Source: Eledone cirrhosa
Lineage: Eukaryota
NCBI GenBank assembly: GCA_964016885.1
Contig: OZ024740.1
Location: forward strand, 388,988,001-389,052,000
DNA length: 64,000 nucleotides
Reading direction: 5' to 3'
Shown in pieces: positions 1 to 15,328 of this stretch; the stretch's first letter is position 1; every line of letters begins with the position of its first letter. A model generated the notes under the pieces. It searched no databases, was not told where the DNA came from, and saw nothing but the letters and a program-made list of their open reading frames with translations. The translations under genes and the position numbers were made by a program.

Positions 1-293
1 AGGAGTTTACAAATCCAGTATCCAAGATACACCTTTAGCTTCATACCCATCATTATTGGTGCTACGGGTTATATACCAACCCGCTTGGACCAAAGTATGA
101 CTGAACTTGGATTTGCGGACAAAAAGCGCAGCTCCCTAATTCATAGTCTACAAATGGCTGCGATAGCTGGCACCTTCAAAATTTGCAAAACATTCTTGCG
201 ATTCAAGGGATGACAATTTCTTTTCTTTTACAACCTTGCCACCAGGAAGGTGGCCGGTCAAAAAAATATACTCGAAATTAAGAGAAAGAGAAA
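1..293 (+). mobile_element. 3' end of R4/Dong-like non-LTR retrotransposon (restriction-like endonuclease C-terminus + 3' UTR)
   Basis: Frame 1 reads RSLQIQYPRYTFSFIPIIIGATGYIP...LQMAAIAGTFKICKTFLRFKG* (stop at 213), matching the P-I-I-I-G-A-x-G / G-T-x-K-I end of R4-clade RLE; followed directly by (CATA)n. Confidence 0.7.
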
Positions 294-373
294 ACATACA
301 TACATACATACATACATACATACATACATACATACATACATACATACATACATACATACATACATACATACAT

Positions 374-916
374 AAAAACATGCACAGTAGTGGAAATTAG
401 CTGCCCAGCAGATGCCAATATAATATCAAAGATTAGTGAAAAGGAGAATATTTATGCAGAACAGATGAGAAATCTGCAGATACTCCACCCTGATTACACC
501 TTCAGATTTATGCCTATGATTATTGGGGCACTTGGATATGTTAGTAACTGCCTCAATACAAATCTTGAGAAGCTAGGTTTCACAGGAACAGAAGGAACAC
601 AACTAGTTAGAAAATTACAAGTACAATCCATTAATGGAACAGTAAAAATATGTAAAACAGTCCAAAAATTTTGCATCTAATAACTGCATATACACATGTA
701 CAGATACAAAGCATATACACATGCACACATACAACTCAAAACATACACATCCACACATACAATAACATCCATATCTACACATGCATGCATGCAGACATAC
801 ATACATATTTACCTAGTTTATGTTGTGTAAATTCCAATGAGAGAGTCTTGTGTCTGTGTTAGAAACCGACTCTCTCTCTATTGGTAAAACTTTGTGAAAT
901 TATAAAACCAGAAGAA
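374..916 (+). mobile_element. Second 5'-truncated R4/Dong-like element (RLE domain), different subfamily
   Basis: KTCTVVEISCPADANIISKISEKENIY...MPMIIGALGYV...GTVKICKT (ORF 390-680); starts right after (CATA)n at 294-373 and ends at (CATA)n 917-980. Confidence 0.75.
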
Positions 917-2020
917 CATACATACATACATACATACATACATACATACATACATACATACATACATACATACATACATAAAATAATTTGGACGAACATT
1001 CCAGTAGGACCTTTGGGCAGTGGTTTTTCTCTTTTTTTTCACATTCATTAATGCGGAAAGATCTAGAAGACTAGATTCAAGACAACCTTCAGTTCCGGAT
1101 TTAGCAAAGACACAACCAGTTTGAAAACCCGTCCAGAAACCCCATAACCCAACGAAAATGACCAGCGTGCAAAACCCTGTCAACAGCCTTAGAAATATCT
1201 AGTTTTACCACATGTATCCAAATCATAGCAGACTTTCTCAGAAATAACTCTTAAAACAATAGCAGTTGATCGTGAGAAATGAAACCCATATTGTTTATAT
1301 GAAATAAGACCCAGTGGGATAAGAGGCTTAACCAATCCAGAATTGGTTAAAACCTCAAATATTTTAAGGTGATAGAAGGATCAGACTGTTCCCTAGAATT
1401 CTTAAAAACTGGAACAACAGAAGAATATTTTCAACAAAATGGAAAGCAAATATCAACGAAGCATTCGCTATAAAGTTTAGATGGAACAGGACTTAATTGA
1501 GAATAACATCAAGAGCACATGCTTTTTGGAGATCAAGATTTTAGATTACACCAGAAACCTTGGGGGACATGGTATGCATATCACACAGTGCTGTATCAGT
1601 TTAAATGACATGTCACGTAAAGATGTTCCAGATGAATCAAGAATAGAATTAGAAAAGAATTTCTGGGAGAAACACTCAGCTTTTTCAGTAGATGTTAATA
1701 CTTCAAATTTATTAAAAACAGCAGAAATTAAGGACTTAATCCTATTCAACACTCTGCTACATAGCTGCAAGTAATCACGAGATCAATCTTTTTAAAAGCA
1801 AGGCGGTTTTTTATTGTCAGCCAGCAAAGACTTGGCCTTATTTGGGACACACAGTTGTCTGTCCCAAATAAATAAAGCCATATACATATAGACAGATGGA
1901 TGGATGTGTCTGAAAGCCATCATAGGCATGCATATACACTTATACATGTCTGAATGCATGTATGTTTTTATGTATGTATTTGTGTATGCGAGTGTCTGTA
2001 CGTGTATATATATATATATA

Positions 2021-2951
2021 TTCGCCCCCTCTGTCATGTCAGTTAACTCTTCCTCACACTTCCACTCACTGTTTCTCCCTTTCTCACTTCACCCCGTTCG
2101 CGACGAATACATTTTCTTTCTTTCTCACATTTGGATTCATCTCGAAAGGTCTTTTTTCTAAGCGCTCATATATTCACCTAGCTTATGCTAACAGAATAAC
2201 TATGTAGCTTGTTCCCTTCCTCTCTACGGTTAGCTTTCCTCTTTGTTGTTTACTTGTCTCACTCGCCTTAGGCGTTTTAATTGTCCTAATAACTTAATTT
2301 AGTTATTATTGCACCGACGTGAGGTATATGATTTTTAATGCAATGAAATATCTATGATCGTCGGCAAATCACTGATGAGGGACTCATTTTATAACATGTT
2401 ATCCATGTGCAACCTGCAGTATTCTTCTCCCCATTTTTTCACATATATTTACCTAAACTGCGATTCTGTTTTTCTCTCTCTCTCTCTCTCTCTTACTGCT
2501 CTCTCGTTCTCTCTGTTTCTCCTACTTTCTTTCGCCCCCTCTGTCATGTCAGTTAACTCTTCCTCACACTTCCACTCACTGTTTCTCCCCTTCTCACTTC
2601 ACCCCGTTCGCGACGAATACATTTTCTTTCTTTCTCACATTTGGATTCATCTCGAAAGGTCTTTTTTCTAAGCGCTCATATATTCACCTAGCTTATGCTA
2701 ACAGAATAACCATGTAGCTTGTTCCCTTCCTCTCTACGGTTAGCTTTCCTCTTTGTTGTTTACTTGTCTCACTCGCTTTACGCGTTTTAATTGTCCTAAT
2801 AACTTAATTTAGTTATTATTGCACCGACGTGAGGTATATGATTTTTAATGCAATGAAATATCTATGATCGTCGGCAAATCACTGATGAGGGACTCATTTT
2901 ATAACATGTTATCCATGTGCAACCTGCAGTATTCTTCTCCCCATTTTTTCA
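2021..2951 (+). repeat. 510-bp-period direct repeat (about 1.8 copies) between (TA)n tracts, with a hammerhead-like motif
   Basis: 2021-2441 is nearly identical to 2531-2951; CTGATGA at 2372 and 2882. Confidence 0.85.
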
Positions 2952-3060
2952 TATATATATATATATATATATTTATATTGCTCTACGGTTCTAATATATT
3001 TCATATATATTTATCCTTATCGAGCCGTCTTTGGATTTTAGTCTTCAAATTTATTATTAT

Positions 3061-3650
<590 letters not shown>

Positions 3651-3968
3651 TGTGTGTGTGTGTGTGTGTATGTATATATATATGTATGTATATGTTTATT
3701 TATGTATATATATATGAGTGCGTATATGTGTGTGTGTATGTATGTGCATGTGTATGCATATATATGTCTGTGTGTACGTATATATGTGTATGTATATATA
3801 TATATATATGTTTTATGAGTATTTGTGTGTGTATTTGTATATGTGTGTATGTATGTGTGTGTATATATTTATGTGTGTATATATATTTATATGTATATTT
3901 CTATTTCTCAATATCCTCTTTATATTTTTAATTTTTATATTTTACTTTTTAACCTATGCCTGTTTAGT

Positions 3969-4027
<59 letters not shown>

Positions 4028-4285
4028 AGTTGCTTCACCGTCCAGCTTTGCACATTTTTCTATTTACTTTTTATAACAATATTTTTACTTTGTTTTTATT
4101 TTTTATTTATAGCTATGTATTTTTTAAAAGTGTATATATATGCCTAAGATGGCTTTCAGATACATCCGTCCATGTGTCTATATGTATATGGGTGTATGTA
4201 TGTATATGAACGTTTGTATGTATGTATGTATGTGTAGAATTACATATTCATATAAGTGTGCCTATGTGTGTGTGTATAGATATTT

Positions 4286-4318
<33 letters not shown>

Positions 4319-4499
4319 GTATATATATATATATATATTATATTTATTTATATATATATATATATATTATATTTATTTATATATATATATATATATATTA
4401 TATTTATTTATATATATATAATATATTTATTTATATATATATGTTATATTTATTTATATATACATATTATATTTTTTATTTATATATACATATTATATT

Positions 4500-6360
<1,861 letters not shown>

Positions 6361-6376
6361 AATATATATATATATA

Positions 6377-6496
6377 TAACGAAGAAGGTGTGGTAAGGAA
6401 CCAGATGGACCATAACGCACCATAGTACTCAATACTTAGGGTAGTAGATGGGTAATAGGAAAATGTTTGACCCCGACAGCTTCGACGGCTATTTCT
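6377..6496 (-). mobile_element. Partial copy of the ~190-bp hairpin-headed element
   Basis: tggtaaggaaccagatggaccataacgcacc...cttagggtagtag matches 3400-3460. Confidence 0.8.
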
Positions 6497-6499
6497 CGC

Positions 6500-6900
6500 G
6501 AAAATATTTTTTGCATATCTAATATCACGTCATATCCATACGGCATAATCCGCTGGAGAAGTTCCTCATATTTAGAAATTTAGATGTTTGGGCAATATTC
6601 TAGAAGCATTATTCTAGAAGCGTTTTAAATGAAAAAAATATTTTTCATACTCAACTCCGTCAATTCCACTTCTACTAAACTGTCCATGGTTAAGGCAAAG
6701 TTTCTTCAAAATATTTACATTATGAATGTTGTTGCTTTCATTTGAGTCAATTAGTAGTCCTCTAGCATCTAAAAGAAATCCAAATTTTGAATTCAAGTCA
6801 TGAAGACTGATAAATCTTTCTTCCAATTTATTATAGAGATGATCGATTATTCCTTTCATTATTCTCATAATTTTTTTGTATTGCATTTAATCCTATAACT
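6500..6900 (-). pseudogene. hAT (Tip100/ZMYM1-like) transposase C-terminal remnant
   Basis: IIDHLYNKLEERFISLHDLNSKFGFLLD...LCLN...IDGVE, then PEELLQRIMPYG; resembles the region before the hAT dimerisation domain. Confidence 0.55.
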
Positions 6901-7213
6901 TTTTATTTTCTGGATCGTTTTTCTACTTAAATAACTCATTCATCACTCACATTTTTTCAGACGGCTTTGAAACAACATTGAGTGGGGTTTACGTCACAGG
7001 CAGCTTCGTAAAGGTTCATATTGTGATCTTAGAGTTGTCTTCTAATACATTCAGTCTGAATAATAAAATTGGCTTCAAAACACGGGCAAGATCAGGAAAT
7101 TAAGAGTGCTGTAGATCTATATATATTTATACACCAGCCCCCATATATGCATGTGTGTATGTATGTGAGTGTATATATAGGAAAAAAAAAAAAAATATAT
7201 ATATATATATATA

Positions 7214-8075
7214 TAGGGTTTAGGATGGTCGTTTGGACGGAACAAGAGGAGAAAAGAAGAAAGAATCCTTCGTCAGCTGTGAAGCTGCGATCCAGATGTT
7301 TCGGCGCTTATTTACAGGACATCTGTAGCAATCGGCGGTGCGCCGGAGGCTTTTTCTTAATCAAAAGGCCAGGAGGAAAAGAAGAGAAAAAGGAGAAAAA
7401 AAGAAAGAAAAAAGAAGGAAAAGAGGAAGAAGAACAAAGAGGGAAAGGTGGTGAAAAGAGAGGAAGAAAGAGAAAAAGGAAAAAAAGGAGAAAAAAGGAG
7501 AAAAAGAAACAGGTGAACAGATCCCATCGTGGGGAGACAGGGAAAAGGAACAGGCAAATGAGTAACCGTGAAAAAATAGGATAAGTAAGTTATAGAAAAC
7601 TTGGTAGACTTAAGCCTGGTAGGATGCGCTAACAGAAGGCGGTATTAGCGTGTCGCCTCTATGATAGAAGAGAGAGAGACACGAGCAACCAGAAATGAGA
7701 AGGAGAAAGGAAAAGGAGATAATCCAAAAGGGGTTTTACGACAGTGGTAAAACATGTCGTAAAAGATTGCGAACAGAGGAGTTTTTACGACACGTGTAAA
7801 CATGAAAACAATCACGAACGGAAGGATAGAGAGGGGGAGAGAGAGAAAAAACGAGAGAGAGGATGCGAAAGTGTGGTAGGAACACAAATCGAACAAAACA
7901 GGTAGAGGAGGGTCACGACGGTAAATACAAAATGATAAGAAACGAAAGGAACTGTGTGGTTACTACACAAGAGGAGAAAAGAAGATTGTAATTGCGGATT
8001 TACAGCTGACGAAAGATTCTTTCTTCTTTCTTCTTTTCTCCTCTTGTTCCGTCCAAACCACCATCCTAAACCTAT
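7214..8075. mobile_element. Non-coding element with ~75-bp terminal inverted repeats between (TA)n tracts, probably a PLE pseudo-LTR fold-back
   Basis: 7216-7290 is the reverse complement of about 7991-8073; CTGACGA in both arms; purine-rich interior. Confidence 0.6.
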
Positions 8076-8127
8076 ATATATATATATACTGTGGTTACCT
8101 CCGATTCAACCCGGAACAACGTATATA

Positions 8128-8172
<45 letters not shown>

Positions 8173-9051
8173 TATAGAATAATCAAAACTATGTTCAAAA
8201 GATTGTATTGCTAACAATCGTTTCTGCCAAACTTTCGTTGGAATCATCGGAGCACTAGCAGAGTTTAGACATATAATTAACCTCCTATTCCACACAACAA
8301 TCGTAAATATACGTAGATGTTAGTGTTGTCATTAGCAGTGTCATATTTAAAGAGTGAAGATGATGTGGTCAGTATCAGTGGATGCGACAAAGATTATAAA
8401 AGAATAATAACAATTATAGAGGAATTAATGAAGAAAGTTACTCGCAAAATGAGGACATTAGCGGTACATATGCAAACGTGTAGAAACAGTGCAAAGGTAT
8501 TAGGCATGTACAGAGGTATTAGGCATGTACAGAATAACCAGGTAAGAAACAAGCAATGGTACTAAGCATATATATCACAGTATGGCAAAGGTATCACATA
8601 ATACAATACAGGTATAAAAGCATATTAAGCAGACAGAGATGCGTGGGTATGAAAAGCAGTTTCTATGAAGTTTATGGTGGATGCAATGTGATAATTGTTC
8701 GGGTAATGTTCAAATGTGCATGTGTTGTGAGTATTAATATTAAAGTTTTCCTTTCCATTACATTGGTTATATTTTAGTAAATGTTTATTAGTCGCTACAA
8801 CTATGGATTGTATATTGGTCCTATTACAATCTTATCAAGGGTTCGAGTTGTTCTGGAGTGATCTGTCTACCGGTTTGATTTCCTGAAGTGATTAGAGATC
8901 TATATTAAGGGGAGCTAATGTGAAAGGGGAAGTAATTGGCGATTAATTTGTATATAAGAGGAAAATGTATAGTTGTTTACAACTCCAATTAGTTAAATTC
9001 TATGTGTTAATATACAATATATTATGTTATAAGTGAATCCTTTTATATAAT

Positions 9052-9235
9052 TGTTTCTACTTTAGGCACAAGGCCAGCAATTACCCAGTACATTACTGGT
9101 ACTTTATTTTATCGACCCCGTAAGGATGAAAGGCAAAGTTAACCTCCGCGGGATTTGAACTCAGACTGTAAAGGGACGTAACTATGTTAGAAAGCATGAC
9201 GTCCAACCCTCTACCGATACTGCCAATTCACCGCC
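9052..9235 (-). mobile_element. tRNA-derived SINE, full length, 12-bp TSD
   Basis: A box TGGCAGTATCGG, B box GAGTTCAAATCC, core GCCTTTCATCCTTACGGGGTCGATAAAATAAAGTACCAGT; TSD CTTTTATATAAT at 9040-9051 and 9236-9247. Confidence 0.9.
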
Positions 9236-9581
9236 CTTTTATATAATGCTATTTATTTTTAAATTTATATATTTAATTTTAAATACAATCTTTTTTCCAT
9301 ATAATACCTTAAAGGTCTCATTTTATCACTACCTACCCATATATTAATTAAATGAATAAAATATTAGTAAGGAAGTTATTGTAGTTATATTAAATGGTGG
9401 TAACTTTATGTTTATTCCCAATAGTTATTGTAGAGTATAAGATCTGAAATAAATAGGAGGTAAGTAGAGGAATGAGCTGATCATAGAATGTGATGCTGTG
9501 GGGGTAATTATATGCTGATAAAACCTAGAGATAAAGTGTTAACGGTGGTGGGGGATCCAGATCTGACATTGTTATATACTA

Positions 9582-10170
9582 TCAGCTAGGTTTGAAGTTG
9601 TGGAAAGAGTGTTGGTGGTAGTGTTGGCACATGGAAAAAATTTCTGATTTTCTATTTAAAAGGTTTAGCTTAGAATAGATTATAGTGCGAGTCTCTAGAA
9701 GACAGAGGTTACATGATTTATTCGGTGGTTTATACGATGCGGCCCTATATATTACTTCCCATTGAAGTGTATATGGTCTATTCTTAGTTTTCAGAGAGTG
9801 TATGTAGTTAGATAAAGAAGTGGAGTTGGCTAGATTGCGATTTTTGAAAGTGTGGAGATGCGCGTTATATCTCGTCTTGAAGCAGTTCGAAGTAGAACCG
9901 ATATATATTTTTGAAGTGTTGTTTGTAATGACTGTGCATGAGTAAATTATGTCTTTGATTAAGCAATTTTTTCCTAAGGGGCAAGTTCTTTTTCTACAGT
10001 TACAGTTATTTTGGTTGTTTACTTGCTGGTTAATAGGGTGTGTAGATGCATGGTTGTTAGGGATAGCAATAGGGTAATGATGATTATCATTCCCATTGTT
10101 ATTAATTTCATTAGTGCTATTACTATTATTATTATTGCTACTAGAACTCTCTGGCACTATGTTGTTATAT
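9582..10170 (-). mobile_element. PLE GIY-YIG endonuclease fragment, Naiad-type
   Basis: CNCRKRTCPLGKNC-IIY...IYIGSTSNCFKTRYNAH...TSLSNYI...CNLCLLE...LNRKSEIFSMCQH. Confidence 0.85.
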
Positions 10171-11288
10171 ATATTTATATGCATTCGAAACGGAAACGGA
10201 AAACAACACGGCAAACGGTATATTAGAATGAAGATATGTATTAGTTTAATGCTTGATATAATAGAAAAATAGTCTTCAAGATATAATAGTAAAAGTGTCT
10301 TCAAGATATTCCCACATTACTGATAGATAAAAAGAAATACTGGACAATTTTAGAGTTCTGTAATTTTACCATGCTAAAACCGATGGGTTGTTTTGACTTT
10401 GTGATATTAATTTAGTGTTAGAAATACCGAGTCACTTCAGGGTCTTCTGTAACGTTGGCAAGACCCAAAACACTGACCACTTGACTTCTTATCCAGTATC
10501 CTATCGAGTGAGCTAAAACATTATAATTTCAAAAACTAGAAATTATATAACATCAACATCACATGTTCATTTGTTTTCTTTTGTGTCTAAATGAATGATG
10601 TGTATCGCATGACAAAAATTAACGTAATTTTTTTTTCTTTTCACTATTACTTCACTTAAAAGGAATTTATTTGAAATTTAAGTAAGACACTGACTACGAA
10701 AATGAAAATTTTGTTTTATTAGGCATCTAAATGATTAAAATATCTCATATCTTAGCAGAGACGCTCGTAAATGAATGAAATAGGTACCCGTAAAAAATTA
10801 AACTAAACAGTTACACATTAGGTAAGTAAAACAGTGTGTTATAGCGAATTACTCCATTTCAAAATAATTTACTTTTAAACTAGTTACCGTCTGAAATATT
10901 CACATTTGATTTTTTGAAGTGTGACAAATAAAAATATACAGTGTACCCCCGGCATTCACGGTCCCAGCATCCGCGGTCCTGGTTATTCGCGGAATTTTCC
11001 TTAGAACCTATCTAATAATTGTTCGTGGAAACCACCGCGTATTCGCGAAATCGTAAATATCTTACGCGATTTTTTAAGGCTTTTTTCGGGGCAATATATA
11101 TTTTTTAAGGCTAAATTATTAATAACAATATACCGTATTAGCCGATCCATTGGACGCCCCTTCGCATAAGACGCTCCCTCTTCTTTTATTATATTTTACG
11201 TTATATTTTGACGTTTATAGGCATTTTTATGGTCCACTGGTCCACGTTCAATATTCACAGTTTTTCACTCTTCGCGTGTGCTCTAGGT

Positions 11289-13345
11289 CAGGCATGTCAA
11301 ACTGAGGGTCACATGGGTCACATATGTGTTGTCTGAGGGCCGCACACGACAACTAGTTGTGTACATTACAACTAATTAAAGTCATTTAATAAAATTTATT
11401 GCAAAAAATTTGTTACTTAAATTTAGAAATATACAATGTACATATAAATGTTTTAGCAGCATTCATGAAAACAAAGTAATGAAGTGGTTTGACAAAAAAC
11501 TAAAATTTTAAATGGCACCATATACTTGCAGCTTGCAACAGCATGAAATACATTGTACAAAAATTACAACAGTTGACAATTTTTGGTATGTCTGGCTGAA
11601 ATATCTGTACAGTTCCGACTTTGATCAGAGATGACAAGTGTTGATCAGTCAGCCTTGTTCTCTGAGAAGGTTTTGTTAATTTCATGAAGGAAAATAACTC
11701 TTCGCACATATAGGTAGAACCAAACATTGCCATAATCTTTGTGGCAAACTTTCTGAAGATTTTAAACTTTTAAGGAAGGTGTGAAAAGAAACCAGGTAGT
11801 CCCACTTCAAGGTACTTTGCTCTGAGTGTAGTATCCGACTGCATTTCCAATAGTTCCATCTGCAGGCTTTCTTCTGCCTTGGCAACATCAAAGGTGAATG
11901 ATGTTGAGAATAATGCAAACTGATGTTCAAAAGATGAAAAATCACATCTTTCCTGAAATTCCTTTGACAACATTCCAGGTGACTGTCATACTTAACAAAG
12001 TTAAGTACAGAATCAGTATTGGCAGTGTGTTTCAGCTCTTTGCACGTAGGAAAATAAACTAAATTTTCACATTTGATAATTGTGACTTCCATAAGCTTAG
12101 TTTTGTAATGAAGCACTTGATGTCATCATACAACTGAGTGATAAGTTTGTTTTTACCTTGTAATTTCAAATTAAGATCAGTTAATTGTGCAGTAATATCC
12201 ACAGCAAAAGCCAGATCTTGGAGCCAACTTTCATCTTTTATTTTATCTGTGTTTCGACCTTTCGTCCCCAAAAATATAGTTATTTCTTGTCTCAACAAAT
12301 AGAATCTTTTCAGCATTTCGTGACGTGACAGCCACCGGACTTGTGTGTAGAATGGAACATCGGTGAACTTATTATCCATATCTTCCAACAACTGGCTGAA
12401 CTGACGGTGGTTGAGAGCATGGCCTCTGATATAGTTCACTGTCTTTGTGACCAAGCTAAGCACATGATGCAATTTTAAAATCTTTGAACACAAATTTTGC
12501 TGATGAATAATACAGTGAAAATGTGCAAATGATGAATCTGGATGCGAGTTTTTTTATTTTTGTTCGTAACTTGGCAGCAACACCATTTTGATTGCCAACC
12601 ATATTCGCAGCACCGCCACTAGATAGCATGCAAGTTTACTCAAATCAAAATCATAGTGATGCAGAACCTGCTCGATCTTCTCTGGACATACAATTTCAGC
12701 TGTTTTTACAAGGCATTGCTTTACAAAATCTCCTTCCCTGTAAGATTTCCCACTCATGGCGATCATTCAGCTGAGTTCCTAGCTTGCAGTAACGGAAGCG
12801 ACATTCTCTTCCTGAATTTTCATAAAACAGGTCTGTTGCTGTGTCAAGTTAGCCTTCAATCCCTTGAGTCTTAAAACATGCATTGGGCCTTCATATTTAT
12901 CGAAAGATTGATGGTTCGTTTCATAATGCCTTTTAAAATTGTACTCTTTTGACGTGGCAATGCAGTTGTAGCAAATTAAACAGTGTATCTTTCCGTTCAC
13001 CGTTGTGCAAAAATACTGTAATTCCCACTTTTCTTGAAACACTTGCCCTTCTTCGTTCAATTTCCTTTTTCTCTTATGTGGAGGAGCACTAGCCATTTTA
13101 AAAGAAAAAGCTTTTGAAATTTTGAAAGAAAGTTTTCTGTTTACAATTGTTAATGAGTTGTGCGTGATTTGTCGGAAGTTAAAAGTAGTTGACAAAAATC
13201 GCACAAAAAAAAAACAATCGAAAATTGTTTTTATTTTATATTACGAAGATGAAACCTGCTCGCGCTTAAAAAATCTTTGTGCAGGTCGCAGGTGTGCTTG
13301 CAAGGGGCCGCATGCGGCTCGTGGGCCGTATGTTTGACATGCCTG
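11289..13345 (-). mobile_element. hAT Charlie/Buster-type (SPIN/GTF2IRD2-like) DNA transposon
   Basis: 14-bp TIRs CAGGCATGTCAAAC (11289) and GTTTGACATGCCTG (13332-13345); 8-bp TSD CTCTAGGT at 11281-11288 and 13346-13353. Confidence 0.95.
11560..13096 (-). pseudogene. Disrupted hAT transposase
   Basis: BED-like CLIC...KRHYETNH, FHCIIHQQ, VRWLS, WLQDLAFAVDIT, LNLKLQG, FGSTYMCEELFS spread over several frames, with internal deletions. Confidence 0.9.
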
Positions 13346-13604
13346 CTCTAGGTGCTCAGGCGGACAACTGTATATGATCGTAGAGTAGTTCGAAGACTGT
13401 ATATATGAGTGAGCAATAATAAATAATTCAGCAGCAACTTAACTGCTGTACACTAGCTACCTCACCGTGGGTATAATCATGTCTTGGGGGTCGTAGACAA
13501 AGACTAAGTATTCAGCACACAAGTTAACGATGTATTCAGTAATCATATGGTGTACGTGTGCCTTACAACAGTGAGCTGTGTCTACACATTGTACCTGTTT
13601 ACAT

Positions 13605-13720
13605 TTGAGGCGGTGCGGATTAGGGTGTCCAACTCACGATCGTATAGTCATGTTTTCGATTCCCGGTAGCGCATTGTATCCTTGAGCAAAACAGTTCACG
13701 TTGCCCAGGTGACAAAAGGA
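13605..13720 (+). mobile_element. Degenerate tRNA-derived SINE head
   Basis: ggttagggtg-like head, ttcgattccc B-box-like motif, tccttgagcaaaaca core. Confidence 0.45.
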
Positions 13721-13865
13721 GTTCTACCACATATAATTCAAAGGGCAGGCCCTGTCATTCTCTCGCACGTATCCGAGTACTGATTTAAGTTTGCACGTGA
13801 CTACAAAATGCTTAGCCAGTTGCACATTATTTTCACAAGCAATGTGCTCCGGGGGTCCAACACAT

Positions 13866-14810
<945 letters not shown>

Positions 14811-14828
14811 TTATATATAATATATATA

Positions 14829-15021
14829 GGAAAAAGTATGACCCCGACGGCATAGCTCAAGCCGTTTCGACGGCTATTTCAGTCCAGAAATAGCCGTCGA
14901 AACGGCTTCAGCTCTGCCGTCGGGGTCATACATTTTCCTATTTCCCACTCTATTACCGTAAGTATTGAGTACTCTGGTGCGTTATGGTCCATCTGGTTCC
15001 TTACCACAATTCGTTTGTTAT
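14829..15021 (+). mobile_element. Copy of the ~190-bp hairpin-headed element
   Basis: Hairpin 14829-14938 followed by the same tail as 3200-3280. Confidence 0.85.
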
Positions 15022-15218
15022 ATAATATATATATATATATATATATTTGACCGTTGGTCAGTCAATGGTAAACATTGAGGACCGAATAAATTAACTGATA
15101 TAAACGATACAGAAGCGAAAACCAGCCAAACAGTGAGTGTGTTCTGTTATTAATTCTGGCAATACTATTACAAAAATATGACCCTCCCCAAGTATAACAA
15201 TATATATATATATTTACA

Positions 15219-15300
<82 letters not shown>

Positions 15301-15328
15301 CATATTTATATATATATATATATATATA

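Larger units (their letters stand above)
10939..13370. mobile_element. Tigger/pogo-like MITE split by a nested hAT
   Basis: TA|CAGTGTACCCCC at 10937 and GGCGGACAACTG|TA at 13359-13372; internal (A)TTCGCG subterminal repeats. Confidence 0.6.

Noticed and set aside
7069-7584. 171-aa Lys/Glu/Arg-rich ORF
   Set aside because: Low-complexity purine tract within a non-coding repeat
8209-8254. Active hammerhead
   Set aside because: Core reads CCGATGA (U4C) and stem II is imperfect; counted only as a relic
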